DNA of 64,000 bases, from IMG/VR virus record IMGVR_UViG_3300045988_087758. One strand, 5' to 3'. The notes below the pieces were generated by a model, which was not told the origin of the DNA, made no database searches, and saw only the letters and a program-made list of their open reading frames with translations. Below, piece after piece: positions 20,081 to 31,228 of the stretch (position 1 is the first letter of the stretch; each line of letters opens with the position of its first letter). This DNA comes from a virus. The translations under genes and the position numbers were made by a program.

Positions 20081-20851
20081 ATGGCAGCAGCAGATGATTT
20101 CTATTTGAAGCATGGATATGGCGGTCACTTTGGCGGTCGTACACTCATCCAAGCACATGGTAAGATTGGCGGTCATAGAAGCGTTTTCATTAACCTCGTA
20201 AGCGGCAACAAGGACGCATTCGTTTACCCTCCTTTTGGTGGTGTTATCACAAATCCGTTCAAGGGTCGCGCTAAGGCTTACGCAGGTGATTTTTGCGAGT
20301 ATGACCCAGACACTTACGGCAAGAATGGCGGTCAGACCGTCAAGATTTTGAAGTATTACGAGTTGGCAAAGGCGGCTACAAACACTGATACCGACATTTT
20401 GGTTGTCAATGATGGCTATCATCACATTCCTTTTGCAGGTGATAATATCATGGTGGCACAGTCAGACTTTACAAAGAAGTCTTTGGGTGTTACCATTACA
20501 GCTGTAGAGAAAACAACCGAAGGTGGCAAGGATGTTTGGAAGCTCACTCTTTCAGCGACTCTTGCAGTTGCATTGAAGGTTGGCGATATTCTCGTAGAGG
20601 CAGAAAAGGCAGGTGAAACCGTAGCTCCTATGGTTACAAATCCTAACACTTACTTCGACCGCGACAACGACTTCTTCTATGACCCTAACTTATCAACCAA
20701 TGTTGAGGAAGGTGAGGGTGCTCAGTACTCTTATACTCCAGCATTGATTAAGGATTCAAGAGTAATCTTGAACTTGGCAAAGTGCAACAAGCTTCCACCA
20801 GCCGTACTTGCGATGAACACAAGAACAGAGAACGGATGGTTCGGATTCTAA
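20081..20851 (+). CDS. head structural protein (role unclear)
   Basis: 256-aa ORF between the scaffold-like and capsid-like genes. Confidence 0.3.
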   Translation: MAAADDFYLKHGYGGHFGGRTLIQAHGKIGGHRSVFINLVSGNKDAFVYPPFGGVITNPFKGRAKAYAGDFCEYDPDTYGKNGGQTVKILKYYELAKAATNTDTDILVVNDGYHHIPFAGDNIMVAQSDFTKKSLGVTITAVEKTTEGGKDVWKLTLSATLAVALKVGDILVEAEKAGETVAPMVTNPNTYFDRDNDFFYDPNLSTNVEEGEGAQYSYTPALIKDSRVILNLAKCNKLPPAVLAMNTRTENGWFGF

Positions 20852-20911
20852 CCGCTCTACTTCAATAGGATAACAATAGGATAACATATCATTAATTTAA
20901 GTATTCAGGAT

Positions 20912-22093
20912 ATGCAACAATTTGATTTTAACAATTCGAGATACGCCAAGTTGTTCTCTTCTAAGGATAACATCAACTTTCTGAGAACCTTCTTGAACAC
21001 CAAGGGGTTGCTCTATACTAACTATGGCTGGTATCTCACACAAGGTCGTAGAGCTTCTATGCCTACACCTACAGACTACGATGGCGTGGCTTCATTCAGC
21101 ATCAAGTCTCGCAAGGCAGAGGCAGCTCCTTTGATGCACCTTCGCGCTCCACTTGGTGATGCTCCAGAAATGGATAACGAGGGTTTGGAGATATACACAG
21201 GTACAATTCCAGACTTCATCGGTTACAAGTGGTCTGAAAACGCAAGACAACGCGAGTACAAAGAGAAACTTTTTGAACAGTTCGGCAACGATGCAGACCT
21301 TATGGCTGCTTGGGTGCGCGATGTTGTTCAGGTAGGTAAGAACTCAGCAGAGGCAACACTCTCTAACCTGACAGCACAGATTATGACAACTGCAAAGATG
21401 AGTTGGAAGGGCAAGGGTGAAGGTTTGCAGCAGTTCTTGCAGAAGGTTGAGCCATTCCCAACAGAGAACCGCAAGAAGGCTGGCGCAAAGGCTTGGACTG
21501 CCCCAGACTGCAACCTTATCTCACAGATGAGAAAGATTGAAGACGATTATCGCGATGAGCGTGGCGGTACTGAGATTTCTCTCGTATGGAAGATGACTCG
21601 CAAGATGTACCGTGATGTATTCTTGCAGAACAAGGAGGTTAAGGAGTGGTATATCAACTGGTGCAAGGCTCACGACCGCGCATATACTGCTAACATGCAG
21701 ATTTTGGACGAGGACTTCAAGAAATCACTTTCCGACATGACAGGTCTTTCTCCTATCGAGATTGTCGTTGAGAAGGAGCGCAACAAGACTGTTACAACTG
21801 ACACATTCGTGCAAGGTTGGGATGATAAGATTGTTGTACTTTGCCCTACTGGTGATAGCGTTGAGTTCAAGTGGACTCCTATCTACGACCAGACACTTCA
21901 ACAGAAGTATGGCGCAAAGAATATTGATGTTTCTTGGGCTTCAATCGCTGACGGACTCGTAACCGTAGGAAACTACGCAATGGATAACGGTCAGTTCCGC
22001 GAGTGGCAGACTAAGGTCATGATGTCTGCTTGCCCTGCACTTCTCGACTTTATGAACCACGTAATCATTGATACCTCAACAGCAGATAATTAA
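20912..22093 (+). CDS. putative major capsid protein
   Basis: 393-aa ORF at the canonical position after the scaffold. Call based on size and position. Confidence 0.55.
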   Translation: MQQFDFNNSRYAKLFSSKDNINFLRTFLNTKGLLYTNYGWYLTQGRRASMPTPTDYDGVASFSIKSRKAEAAPLMHLRAPLGDAPEMDNEGLEIYTGTIPDFIGYKWSENARQREYKEKLFEQFGNDADLMAAWVRDVVQVGKNSAEATLSNLTAQIMTTAKMSWKGKGEGLQQFLQKVEPFPTENRKKAGAKAWTAPDCNLISQMRKIEDDYRDERGGTEISLVWKMTRKMYRDVFLQNKEVKEWYINWCKAHDRAYTANMQILDEDFKKSLSDMTGLSPIEIVVEKERNKTVTTDTFVQGWDDKIVVLCPTGDSVEFKWTPIYDQTLQQKYGAKNIDVSWASIADGLVTVGNYAMDNGQFREWQTKVMMSACPALLDFMNHVIIDTSTADN

Positions 22094-22142
22094 TGGTGGT
22101 TCACTCACAATATACGATAACATTTAATTCATTTATCTCTCA

Positions 22143-22529
22143 ATGGCAGCATCGAAGTTTGACATATTGGACTATCTTAGCGGCATGACTAACTTTGTCT
22201 TTGACAAGTCGGCATTAAACAATGTCGCTTTGGATTGCGGCGTTTCTGATGTCGAGTCTTATTTGGACTTGACAGAAGAACAGAAAGACAGATGTAAGAT
22301 TGCACTCTTGGAAAAGATTGTATTCGGTGTCTATCAGACAGCATCGACCACAAACCAACATGGCGCATATACTCTTACGGTAGGTGCTCAGACCATTACA
22401 TCGGCTGCATTGCTGAGTATCAAATCAGAACTCAAAAGACTTTACAAGAAGTATGGAGAGGATGAAAAACTTGAAGCTCTCAATGAAACCGATGGAGAGG
22501 TTAAATGGATTAAAGAAACAGATTGGTAA
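22143..22529 (+). CDS. head-tail connector/completion-type protein
   Basis: 128-aa ORF directly after the capsid gene. Confidence 0.35.
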   Translation: MAASKFDILDYLSGMTNFVFDKSALNNVALDCGVSDVESYLDLTEEQKDRCKIALLEKIVFGVYQTASTTNQHGAYTLTVGAQTITSAALLSIKSELKRLYKKYGEDEKLEALNETDGEVKWIKETDW

Positions 22530-22532
22530 GCT

Positions 22533-22964
22533 ATGTACACTGACAGAAATGCTTTGGATGAATATGCCTATCATGGCGTGTTCTACCGCTCGGAACAAAA
22601 ACCGAAAGAAGATGGAGACCTTATCGGAAGCGATGGGGATATGTTAGGCGATACTGATACTAGTGCAGGTGAGTCAGAAACAGAAAATGTAGAAACTATC
22701 ATTTTTGAAACTGATTGCGATATTCAGGAAACCAACAAACTCTTTAATTCGGGTGTGGTTACACTAGGATATACAATCTATTTTCCGATGCCAACGAAAA
22801 AAGGTGAAGACGGGAAAGATGAAGAATATATTCCTGAAGGTTTGAATGCAGGTATTCGTTTCCGAGGAAAGATGTACGGAATGGACGTTGACGGAATGGT
22901 CATTGGCGTTTATCCGACACAAATGCACGGATGTGTAGCTTACATCAAAGGTACTGATATTTAG
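22533..22964 (+). CDS. head-tail joining module protein
   Basis: 143-aa ORF, packed in the operon. Confidence 0.3.
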   Translation: MYTDRNALDEYAYHGVFYRSEQKPKEDGDLIGSDGDMLGDTDTSAGESETENVETIIFETDCDIQETNKLFNSGVVTLGYTIYFPMPTKKGEDGKDEEYIPEGLNAGIRFRGKMYGMDVDGMVIGVYPTQMHGCVAYIKGTDI

Positions 22965-23005
22965 TTTTTTCATCATAAGGTAAAATGTATTTAGGATAAC
23001 AAGGT

Positions 23006-23404
23006 ATGGCACAGAGGATTAATCGCAGATTATCTCGCATTGAGAATTTCTTTTCGATGCTTCTTACTAAGGGAAAAATCTCAGACAACATATTTGTCGG
23101 GGAATTACCACCTACAACTAGTAAGAACTGGGATGATTTTGTCAATGTGGACGTAGGTCAGCAAAGAGATTATGGCGGTTATTCTTCTGGCTATGCTAAC
23201 ATTTATCTTTATGCAAGACCAAAGGGAACTCCACTGAGAAAGAATGTAAAGTTACTTGACAAGATGGAAGGTATTCTTGACAAAATCATTGATGAATCAA
23301 GAGACGCAAACTATACAATCAGTACATTATACCGTAATAGCGGATATGACTCAAACCGCCAGTTTCATTTTCAGATGATTTCTGTTTCGGTTATTGTACG
23401 TTAA
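23006..23404 (+). CDS. head-tail joining module protein
   Basis: 132-aa ORF, packed in the operon. Confidence 0.3.
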   Translation: MAQRINRRLSRIENFFSMLLTKGKISDNIFVGELPPTTSKNWDDFVNVDVGQQRDYGGYSSGYANIYLYARPKGTPLRKNVKLLDKMEGILDKIIDESRDANYTISTLYRNSGYDSNRQFHFQMISVSVIVR

Positions 23405-23446
23405 TTATTTCATTTATTTAGGATAACAATTTAAACTCATAACAAT

Positions 23447-24019
23447 ATGGCAACGAAAGTTACAAGTACAGGCGCAGGTGCAATCAAGCTCTCTAAGCCT
23501 TCACACATTATTGTTCGTCCGTTCAATGGTAATGCGGCTGGTGACGATTACTACGATTTGGACGATGTTGTTCGCGACACCACATCTATCTCTCAGGACG
23601 ATAACGATACTACCGATATTGAGCGCGAGACTTCTGATACTCCTATCATGTCTATCGTGACAACTGGTAAGTATCAGTTTGCTGCCGAGGTTGCAGATAC
23701 TCAAGCTCCTGTATTGACTGCATTGTGCGGCTTTACAAAGGGTACTGATGGTAAGATTTACGCTCCATCTGGTTACAAACTGATGTATGCAGAGGTCGCT
23801 GTTGTCTTCGACAATGCAGACGGTACTACACACACAGCATTGATTCTGCCTAAGTTGCAGCTCAATTCCAAGACAACCATTGAGTCTCTGAACTCTAACT
23901 TGGCAAAGGTTGCGTTGGCTGGCACAGGTCAGTTGGTTGAGGTTAAAGATGGCGGTGTAACTCGCAAGACACCATTCTACATTGACCCTGCATACACATT
24001 GCCAGTTGCTGGTGCATAG
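23447..24019 (+). CDS. putative major tail (tube) protein
   Basis: 190-aa ORF upstream of the chaperone-like genes and the tape measure, followed by a strong terminator. Confidence 0.55.
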   Translation: MATKVTSTGAGAIKLSKPSHIIVRPFNGNAAGDDYYDLDDVVRDTTSISQDDNDTTDIERETSDTPIMSIVTTGKYQFAAEVADTQAPVLTALCGFTKGTDGKIYAPSGYKLMYAEVAVVFDNADGTTHTALILPKLQLNSKTTIESLNSNLAKVALAGTGQLVEVKDGGVTRKTPFYIDPAYTLPVAGA

Positions 24020-24053
24020 TGTAGATTCTTCAACAATTCTCGACTATATACAA

Positions 24054-24087
24054 GGGGCGGCGGCTTTAATGCTGTCCGCTCCTTTTT
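24054..24087 (+). terminator. rho-independent terminator
   Basis: The ggggcggcggc / gctgtccgctcc stem (about 11 bp including G-U pairs) is followed by ttttt at 24083-24087. Confidence 0.6.
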
Positions 24088-24101
24088 AAGTTTTATCATT
24101 T

Positions 24102-24551
24102 ATGGCTGAAACATTATACAAAAAAGCATTAAAGCTTATTACGAAGGAATTAGACAAGGATGCAAAGAATGTGTTAAGAGAATGTATTCAAGAGATTACG
24201 TACACACATCGAACATACAACCTCTATGATTCTTACGGATATGGCATTTACGTCGAAGGCAAGCTTGAAAAGATAGGTTACTTATCATCCTCACCAAAAG
24301 CATCCAAAGGCAAGAATTGGTATGGAGAAGAAATTAAAGGTCGTGAGGCGATAAACGAATATCTCAAAAACGATTATTCCCCTAGTGGAGTAATTGATTT
24401 GGCTGTCGTTGCGACTATGCCCTATGCTAAGATATTGGAAGATGGCGGTGGTAATCTGAAACAATCTTACAGAGCCATTTCCATGTCGTTTCAAAAGCTA
24501 CAAAACCTATCCAAGAAGTATAATGGAACAGTAAGTGTGATTAGAAAGTAA
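24102..24551 (+). CDS. tail-component protein (HK97 gp10-like by weak resemblance)
   Basis: 149-aa ORF. The MPYAKILEDGGG segment recalls gp10-family proteins. Confidence 0.35.
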   Translation: MAETLYKKALKLITKELDKDAKNVLRECIQEITYTHRTYNLYDSYGYGIYVEGKLEKIGYLSSSPKASKGKNWYGEEIKGREAINEYLKNDYSPSGVIDLAVVATMPYAKILEDGGGNLKQSYRAISMSFQKLQNLSKKYNGTVSVIRK

Positions 24552-24560
24552 TTCATATAT

Positions 24561-25118
24561 ATGGGAAAAGTATATAGAGCACAAAAAGACCCGAATAAGG
24601 CTAAGAAACAAGCTGTAGAAGACGAGAATAAGGTGTTACCTAGTTCTCCTTTGTCTGATGCGGCAATGGAACGTCTTGCGCAAATTATGAATGATTCTCC
24701 TACAATTGTAAAACTACAAGGTACAGAGTGGGAGATAAGAGCATTGAAGCCAGGCACTCAATGGATGATTGCAGAGGAGGCTTGCAAGATTGTCAAGGGC
24801 GAAAACTTATCAATGGGTGATGTTATCAAGGAGTTTGCTATCAACATTCCATCTGTGGCAAGAGTAATTACACTATCCTTGCTCAATGACAAGAAACGCA
24901 TTGATTCTGAGGAATACCAACAAGTTTACGACCAGTTGCTTTGGGGAGACTATGACATCAAGGATTGGGCAACATTACTCGTTGAAATTCTCAATTTGCT
25001 AGATGTGGATTTTTTCTTCGCGAGTACCAATGTGATTCAGACCGTCCGCAATCAAGCTCTGATGAGGAAGAAACAAGCAGCCGAATTATCCCGTCACGAA
25101 CAGAATACGGACAAATGA
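24561..25118 (+). CDS. putative tail assembly chaperone
   Basis: 185-aa ORF immediately upstream of the tape measure. Confidence 0.4.
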   Translation: MGKVYRAQKDPNKAKKQAVEDENKVLPSSPLSDAAMERLAQIMNDSPTIVKLQGTEWEIRALKPGTQWMIAEEACKIVKGENLSMGDVIKEFAINIPSVARVITLSLLNDKKRIDSEEYQQVYDQLLWGDYDIKDWATLLVEILNLLDVDFFFASTNVIQTVRNQALMRKKQAAELSRHEQNTDK

Positions 25119-25339
25119 TAGATTTCTTACGTGCCAACACATGGTGCTCGCAAGAAGAATATAAATGGAAAATGACTGTTCCGCAGATTCGCCTTGCGTC
25201 TATGGATTTTACTCATATAGAGTACATATCGTCAGATAAAGGCAACAATCAGAAGAACGACAAATTAAAGAATGCAAAGGTAATCAATGGCGCAGAGGAT
25301 TTACGAAATCTCAATGACCTTGGAATACCTATTTTATAA
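25115..25339 (+). CDS. small tail-assembly-region protein
   Basis: 74-aa ORF with an ATGA overlap onto the preceding gene. Confidence 0.3.
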   Translation: MIDFLRANTWCSQEEYKWKMTVPQIRLASMDFTHIEYISSDKGNNQKNDKLKNAKVINGAEDLRNLNDLGIPIL

Positions 25340-25358
25340 ACTCTTAAACTTTTGAATT

Positions 25359-28300
25359 ATGGCAGATTCAGCATTAGGCAGTGCTCTTGTTATACCAGAG
25401 TCCGCATTGAAGAAAATCAAAGAGGCTGATGATAAGTTGCAGAAGTTACAAGATACGGCTAAAAATACCGCGTCTAGTGTAACACAATCTTTCAAGGATA
25501 TGTCTGTTGGTACTAAGCCGTTCCTTGATTCTTTAGACCAAGTTATAGCAAAACTCGCAACAATCAACGCATCTGCTTCAAATGCAAGCAGTGGTATCTC
25601 AAACGTAGGTGCGAGTGCAGGTAACATGAACAATAACATTACGTCAGCAGCACAGAACATTCAAAATATGGTAGCACAGCTATCTAAGATGAATGGTTCC
25701 GGCACTAGTGGTATTATGCAAGCGGCACTTGCATTTCAGAGATTACAGGAATCGGCAAAGGGTGCTAGCGGTATGAATATTGCTGAGTTAAAGCAAGAAA
25801 TTGGTTCTATTGAAAGTATGTTGCGAGATACAACACAAAATCTCACCAAGGCAGACCAAGATGCACTTATTAAGCGAAAGAAGTCATTACAGGATGAGTT
25901 ACGATACCAGCAGCAGATGTATAATGAACGTGCTGTTGCTTTTCAGAAGGCTCTTGATAAGATGGTTAGTGCAGAACAATCTTACAACAACAAACAGAGA
26001 AAGGCATACGCTGATAGAGCAAAAGACTATCAGACGAGAAATAACAAGGCAAACACTACATATCAAGGCGCGCTTGATTTCTCTGCTTCTGCAAATACGC
26101 TCAACCGCCAAGTACGCGCTATAGAATATCTGAAAGAGGCTCGTATGAAGTTGTCTCAAACCGATGCTGATTATAAGCGAAAATTGGATATTCTTAATGC
26201 TGCCATTGAGCAACATAACAAAAACTTGAAAGAGGCTGGTGTTAATTCTCGCGCGTTGACCGAACAAACATCATATATGGCTGGATATATGTCACGTTGG
26301 GCACAGCGTATGGCATTTGCATTCTCAGTGGGTTCTATCAAGAATTTTGTCGAGCAGATTGCATCAGTCAGAGGTCAGTTTGAACTTTCAGAGCGTTCAC
26401 TCGAAGCTATCTTGCAGAACAAACCAAAGGCAGACGAGATTTTCAATAAGACTGTAGAACTTGCCGTTAAATCACCTTTCCGTATCAAGGACTTGGTGGA
26501 TTACACACGACAACTTTCCGCTTACCGAATTGAGTCTGATAAACTTTATGATACAACCAAGCGACTTGCCGATGTTTCAGCAGGTCTTGGCGTTGATATG
26601 GGAAGACTTATCCTTGCATACGGACAAGTCAAGGCTGCTGCATACCTTCGCGGTTCTGAGGTTCGTCAGTTTACTGAGGCTGGCATCAATATGTATGGTG
26701 AGTTGCAACAATACTTTAAGGAAGTTAAGGGAGAAGCGTACACGACCGCACAGATTGTTGATATGATTTCCAAGCGTAAGGTTACATTTGAGGATGTTGA
26801 GGCAATATTCCAACGAATGACCGATAAGGGTGGAACATTCTACAATATGCAAGAGATTCAGGCTGAAACTCTCCAAGGTAAGATTTCCAACTTGAAGGAT
26901 GCTTTCGATGTGATGCTTAATGATATTGGCAAGGCTAACGAAGGCACAATGAAGGGGATGGTAAGCTGGGGTACTTCTCTGCTTGATAATTGGAAGACTC
27001 TTGCAGAGATAGGAAAAGCTCTTATACCTATTCTTATTGCCATAAAAGCTAATTCTATGTTTGCAAAGACTAGTCTAGGACAAGCTTTTTCGCAAGCATC
27101 TGGCACAGGTATCGTGAGATACAAGGCTCTTTTCGTAAATTCCTTAGATGGAATGAAAAAAGCTCTTAAAGATTTTGGCGGTCTCGTTAAAAGTTCATTA
27201 TCAGGTATAGGCGTAGGTCTTGCAATTTACGCTGTAGCAGAAGTAATAACTACCGTTTACGATAAGATTTCCAAGTACAACGAAAATGTACGTAAGGCAG
27301 AAGAAGAAACCATAAAGGCAAAGGGAGCAATAGGTGCTTTAGCTGGAACGTACAACGACCTTGCAAATGCAGCCGCAAAAGCAAATAGTAAATTAGGAGG
27401 AAAGGATTTAGAGAAGAATATTGAGGATAGACGTACAACGTTACAAAAGCTTATTGATGCCGCATCAAAAGACGGACTGACTTTCAAAATAAATGTAGAT
27501 ACTCTCGATGTAAATCAGCTTAACACTACTTTCAGTAAGGTTGAGAAAGAATATAAAGATTTCATTGATAGTATTGAGGTTATCAGAAGAAATTACGCCA
27601 AGAATGATGCTTGGAATACTTGGTTTACAGATGGTCTTGATGATGATGCAGGCGATTACAAGGATGCTGTGATTGATGCTCTCGCAAAGTCTTCGCAAAT
27701 GGAGAGAGTTGTAGCAAACATTAACGCAAACTATAAACAAGCCACTTCGACCACGAAGAAATACTTTGATGAGATACGTGCAGGTCAAAAGGATAACGAA
27801 TCCAACATTGACTATATGACACGTATGTATGAGTTGATAAAGAAAATCAACATAGCACAAGGCGGCAGCGACTATAAAATGCCATCTTTCATTGGTACTT
27901 CGCAAGCTGATTTCAATGACCTTATCCGTGCGATGAACAGCGTACAAAATAAAGCGCAAGAATTGAACAGCGAGTTTGATGCTGTATTTGGAAACCTAAG
28001 AAAAAAATATAGCAATGACCCTATAAAAATACAAGGCGTAATTGACAGAATTGCGGCAGAGCGCGATTGGAATCAATATGAGAGAGACCTTGCTTATAGA
28101 CACTTTGGTATAAATGTTTCCATCAATAAAAACTCGATGGAGAAAGAAGTAAACTGGGTTGATGATTATCTCTCTGGTTTCTTTGCAAAGAAAAAGTATG
28201 GCATCAATCTCGTTGTCAAGGAGATTACAAACGATAAGGCTCTTGAAAGTTTCCTTGAAAAAGGTGATGATGCGGCTAAAGCTGCAAAGAATTGGCGTGA

Positions 28301-31022
28301 ACTCGAAAAACGTTTGGCTTCCGTAGGAAAGAACACGAAGAAAATCAAAGTTGATGATTCTATCCGAAAGATGTTCAAAGCAGGTGACCCACGTTTAGGT
28401 GGAAACACTATAGATGTTTCAACTTTGCGCCAAATGGTTCGCGAATACAAGAATGCTGCAACTGCCACCGCAAAGGGATTAGGAGTGAATCCTTTTGAAA
28501 AAGAAGACAAAAAAGCAGCAAAAAATGCGGCAAAAGAACAGCGCGATATTCTCAACGAGCGCATTTCTCTGTTGAAGGATATGAGTTCTGAATATCAGAA
28601 ACTCATTAAATACGAAAGCGAAGAGCAAGCCACAGCCGATGTTCGTAAGCACTTTTCGTTGGCGGCAAAGAATGTTGGAATGAATATAAATAACTTTGTT
28701 CCAGACCGCCAAACTATTGCAAAGAAGATTGAATATCTTGCAAACCAATACAAGGAACTTGGAAAGCGTGGCAGCGCATTACGCAATGCTACAGAAATCC
28801 GTCTTGATATTGATGAGGAGTATTTCAAGCAACAACTTGACGATGCAAAGAACAATGCGCAAGAAGCTTTCTCTCAGCTCGATTTGTTTAAGAAGCTTAA
28901 AGGAGAAGGTCTTTCTGATAGCATCATCAAAAGTATGTTCGGTGACTTAACCTCTTCATTCGATGAAGTGCGAAAGTCTATTACAGATGATTTCGAGGCA
29001 AAATGGGGTAAAGACCAGACTAAGTGGGGTGATGATGTTGCAAAGGAATACACGTCACAAATGCAGAAACTTGATAAGGAAGTCTATCAAGACCAAATTA
29101 ATCAAGCACAAGAGCTGATTAAGGCATACAAGCAGCAATTGACAGACCAGCTTCAACTCGATAGATGGTATATCAATGAGCGTTACAAGTTGCAAAATAA
29201 TGCGAATATTGCCAAGAATCCAGAGTTGCAAAGACAGTTGCAAGAAAACTTGAATGCGCAATACAAGAAAAAGACCGATGAAAATACTTGGAAGGATTTT
29301 AAAAATAGCGACATGTATGTTCGTCTGTTTGATAATCTAGACCAAGTTTCTTCTAAGGCTCTCGATGCGATGGCAGAAAGACTACAACAGTTGCGTACCG
29401 AATTGAAAGACCTAGACCCAACAGAGTTGAAAACTATTGCGGAACAGATTAACAAAGTCAATGAAGTTCGCAATTCACGCAATCCTTTCAAGGCTTTCAC
29501 TACAGGACTTAAAGAAATGGTTAAGGCTGGTAAAGACTTAAAAAAGTCGGGCGGCGTAGAAAAGTATGTAGAGCTTAACGGACTTAGAGCGGATTTGACG
29601 AGCAAATTACAGAGCCAAAATGCCTATGTTGAGTCTTTGGAACATGAGTATAACGAACTAGTAAAGATTAAAGGTACGGACGAAAGCGTTGTTGCAGCCT
29701 TAAAGTTGAAGTTGGCAACCAACAAAAGCATTCGTGACTCTTTAAAATCTCAGTTAAACCTCACAGATGAGCAGATTGCAAAGCTCGGAACGATTATGAC
29801 TGAGGAAGAACAGGCGAAAGCAAAGTTCTCAAAATCCGTGACGGATATTACAGACGTAGTTTCCACAATGGCTAACTCGTTTAATGCTCTGTTTGAGGCA
29901 CTTAGCGGTTCTGATGCGAATTTAGAGAATACTCTGAATATTGTAAGCAGCATCGGTCAGGCGGTCGGTTCGTACTATAGCGGAAATTATGCAGGTGTCG
30001 TATCGGGCGCAATGGGCGCGCTTACGGGCGTAGCTAAACTCTTTAGCAACGAAGGAAAGATTGATAAGGAAATTGCACGCCAAGAACGCGCTATAAATTC
30101 CTTGCAACACGCTTACGAAAAGCTTAAAAAGAGTATGGACGATGCCTTTGATACACAAAAGCTCTACGAATACAACCAAAAATCGGTCGATGCCCTTAAA
30201 AAGCAGCAGAAAGCGTACCAAGCAATGATTAACGCAGAACGTGGTCGCAAGAAACCTGATGAAGGTAAGATTCAAGAATGGGAACAGCAGATTGATGATT
30301 TGAACACTACAATCAAAGAATTAGGTGAGTCTATGACAGAAGCACTTGGCGGTTTCGGTTCTCAGTCTAACTATAAATCTGCTGCTGAAGCTTTCTCGGA
30401 AGCGTGGGTAGATGCTTTCAATGAAGGTAGTGATGCACTCGAAGCACTCAATAATAAGTTTGACGAGTATTTCAATACAATGCTCACCAAGCAGTTAATG
30501 AATAGAGCTACTTCAAAATACATTCAACCTATCCTTGAAGCATTCGACAAAGCGGTATCTGAGGGCAGCGAAGGTGGAAATAATGGTCTTGATGTTACCA
30601 AGAAAGAACTCGAAGGTATAAAGGAACTGAAAGACAAGAACCTTGCATTATTCAATGAGTATGCAAAGAACTTGATGGATGTTCTCAACGTCAAGCCTAC
30701 TGGCAGCTCAAATATATCTGCTTTGCAGCAAGGTATTCAGTCTGTTACGGAATCAACCGCACAGGCGTTGGAATCGATACTCAATTCACTCAGGTTTTAT
30801 GTAGCCACTCAACAAGCAGATGTCCGCATCATCCGCGACACTCTGTTAGAAAAGCTCGGCAATAGTATCAGCGCGATAACACAAGATACATCAAGCAGTC
30901 CTGTACTCATTGAGTTGAGATTGCAGACAACAATACTTACTGATATTCGCGACACTCTGTCCAGCTGTGTAAAGGGCGGTCACAAGCAAGGAAGAAATGG
31001 TATCAAGGTATTTATGAATTAG
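25359..31022 (+). CDS. tail tape measure protein
   Basis: 1887-aa ORF. Long coiled-coil-like Lys/Glu/Gln-rich sequence with internal hydrophobic segments (LIPILIAIKANSMF, GIGVGLAIYAVAEVITTV). Canonical position after the chaperones. Confidence 0.85.
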   Translation: MADSALGSALVIPESALKKIKEADDKLQKLQDTAKNTASSVTQSFKDMSVGTKPFLDSLDQVIAKLATINASASNASSGISNVGASAGNMNNNITSAAQNIQNMVAQLSKMNGSGTSGIMQAALAFQRLQESAKGASGMNIAELKQEIGSIESMLRDTTQNLTKADQDALIKRKKSLQDELRYQQQMYNERAVAFQKALDKMVSAEQSYNNKQRKAYADRAKDYQTRNNKANTTYQGALDFSASANTLNRQVRAIEYLKEARMKLSQTDADYKRKLDILNAAIEQHNKNLKEAGVNSRALTEQTSYMAGYMSRWAQRMAFAFSVGSIKNFVEQIASVRGQFELSERSLEAILQNKPKADEIFNKTVELAVKSPFRIKDLVDYTRQLSAYRIESDKLYDTTKRLADVSAGLGVDMGRLILAYGQVKAAAYLRGSEVRQFTEAGINMYGELQQYFKEVKGEAYTTAQIVDMISKRKVTFEDVEAIFQRMTDKGGTFYNMQEIQAETLQGKISNLKDAFDVMLNDIGKANEGTMKGMVSWGTSLLDNWKTLAEIGKALIPILIAIKANSMFAKTSLGQAFSQASGTGIVRYKALFVNSLDGMKKALKDFGGLVKSSLSGIGVGLAIYAVAEVITTVYDKISKYNENVRKAEEETIKAKGAIGALAGTYNDLANAAAKANSKLGGKDLEKNIEDRRTTLQKLIDAASKDGLTFKINVDTLDVNQLNTTFSKVEKEYKDFIDSIEVIRRNYAKNDAWNTWFTDGLDDDAGDYKDAVIDALAKSSQMERVVANINANYKQATSTTKKYFDEIRAGQKDNESNIDYMTRMYELIKKINIAQGGSDYKMPSFIGTSQADFNDLIRAMNSVQNKAQELNSEFDAVFGNLRKKYSNDPIKIQGVIDRIAAERDWNQYERDLAYRHFGINVSINKNSMEKEVNWVDDYLSGFFAKKKYGINLVVKEITNDKALESFLEKGDDAAKAAKNWRELEKRLASVGKNTKKIKVDDSIRKMFKAGDPRLGGNTIDVSTLRQMVREYKNAATATAKGLGVNPFEKEDKKAAKNAAKEQRDILNERISLLKDMSSEYQKLIKYESEEQATADVRKHFSLAAKNVGMNINNFVPDRQTIAKKIEYLANQYKELGKRGSALRNATEIRLDIDEEYFKQQLDDAKNNAQEAFSQLDLFKKLKGEGLSDSIIKSMFGDLTSSFDEVRKSITDDFEAKWGKDQTKWGDDVAKEYTSQMQKLDKEVYQDQINQAQELIKAYKQQLTDQLQLDRWYINERYKLQNNANIAKNPELQRQLQENLNAQYKKKTDENTWKDFKNSDMYVRLFDNLDQVSSKALDAMAERLQQLRTELKDLDPTELKTIAEQINKVNEVRNSRNPFKAFTTGLKEMVKAGKDLKKSGGVEKYVELNGLRADLTSKLQSQNAYVESLEHEYNELVKIKGTDESVVAALKLKLATNKSIRDSLKSQLNLTDEQIAKLGTIMTEEEQAKAKFSKSVTDITDVVSTMANSFNALFEALSGSDANLENTLNIVSSIGQAVGSYYSGNYAGVVSGAMGALTGVAKLFSNEGKIDKEIARQERAINSLQHAYEKLKKSMDDAFDTQKLYEYNQKSVDALKKQQKAYQAMINAERGRKKPDEGKIQEWEQQIDDLNTTIKELGESMTEALGGFGSQSNYKSAAEAFSEAWVDAFNEGSDALEALNNKFDEYFNTMLTKQLMNRATSKYIQPILEAFDKAVSEGSEGGNNGLDVTKKELEGIKELKDKNLALFNEYAKNLMDVLNVKPTGSSNISALQQGIQSVTESTAQALESILNSLRFYVATQQADVRIIRDTLLEKLGNSISAITQDTSSSPVLIELRLQTTILTDIRDTLSSCVKGGHKQGRNGIKVFMN

Positions 31023-31048
31023 TTTTCTGTGTTCTATATATAAAATTA

Positions 31049-31086
31049 GGGCAAGCTCGGTTTCACAACTGAACTTGCCCTTTTTA
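31049..31086. terminator. hairpin terminator between convergent operons
   Basis: gggcaag (31049-31055) pairs with cttgccc (31074-31080), followed by ttttt. Confidence 0.6.
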
Positions 31087-31228
31087 ATCAACATAAATCT
31101 AACTAAACATTAACTAATATAAAAAGTAAAATTACACTTTATGTCTGTGTACCGCCGTACACTCTGTAAACAAGAAAATAATATAAATATTTTTACCAAA
31201 CTTTGCTATTTTAATGAGCTGTAAGGCA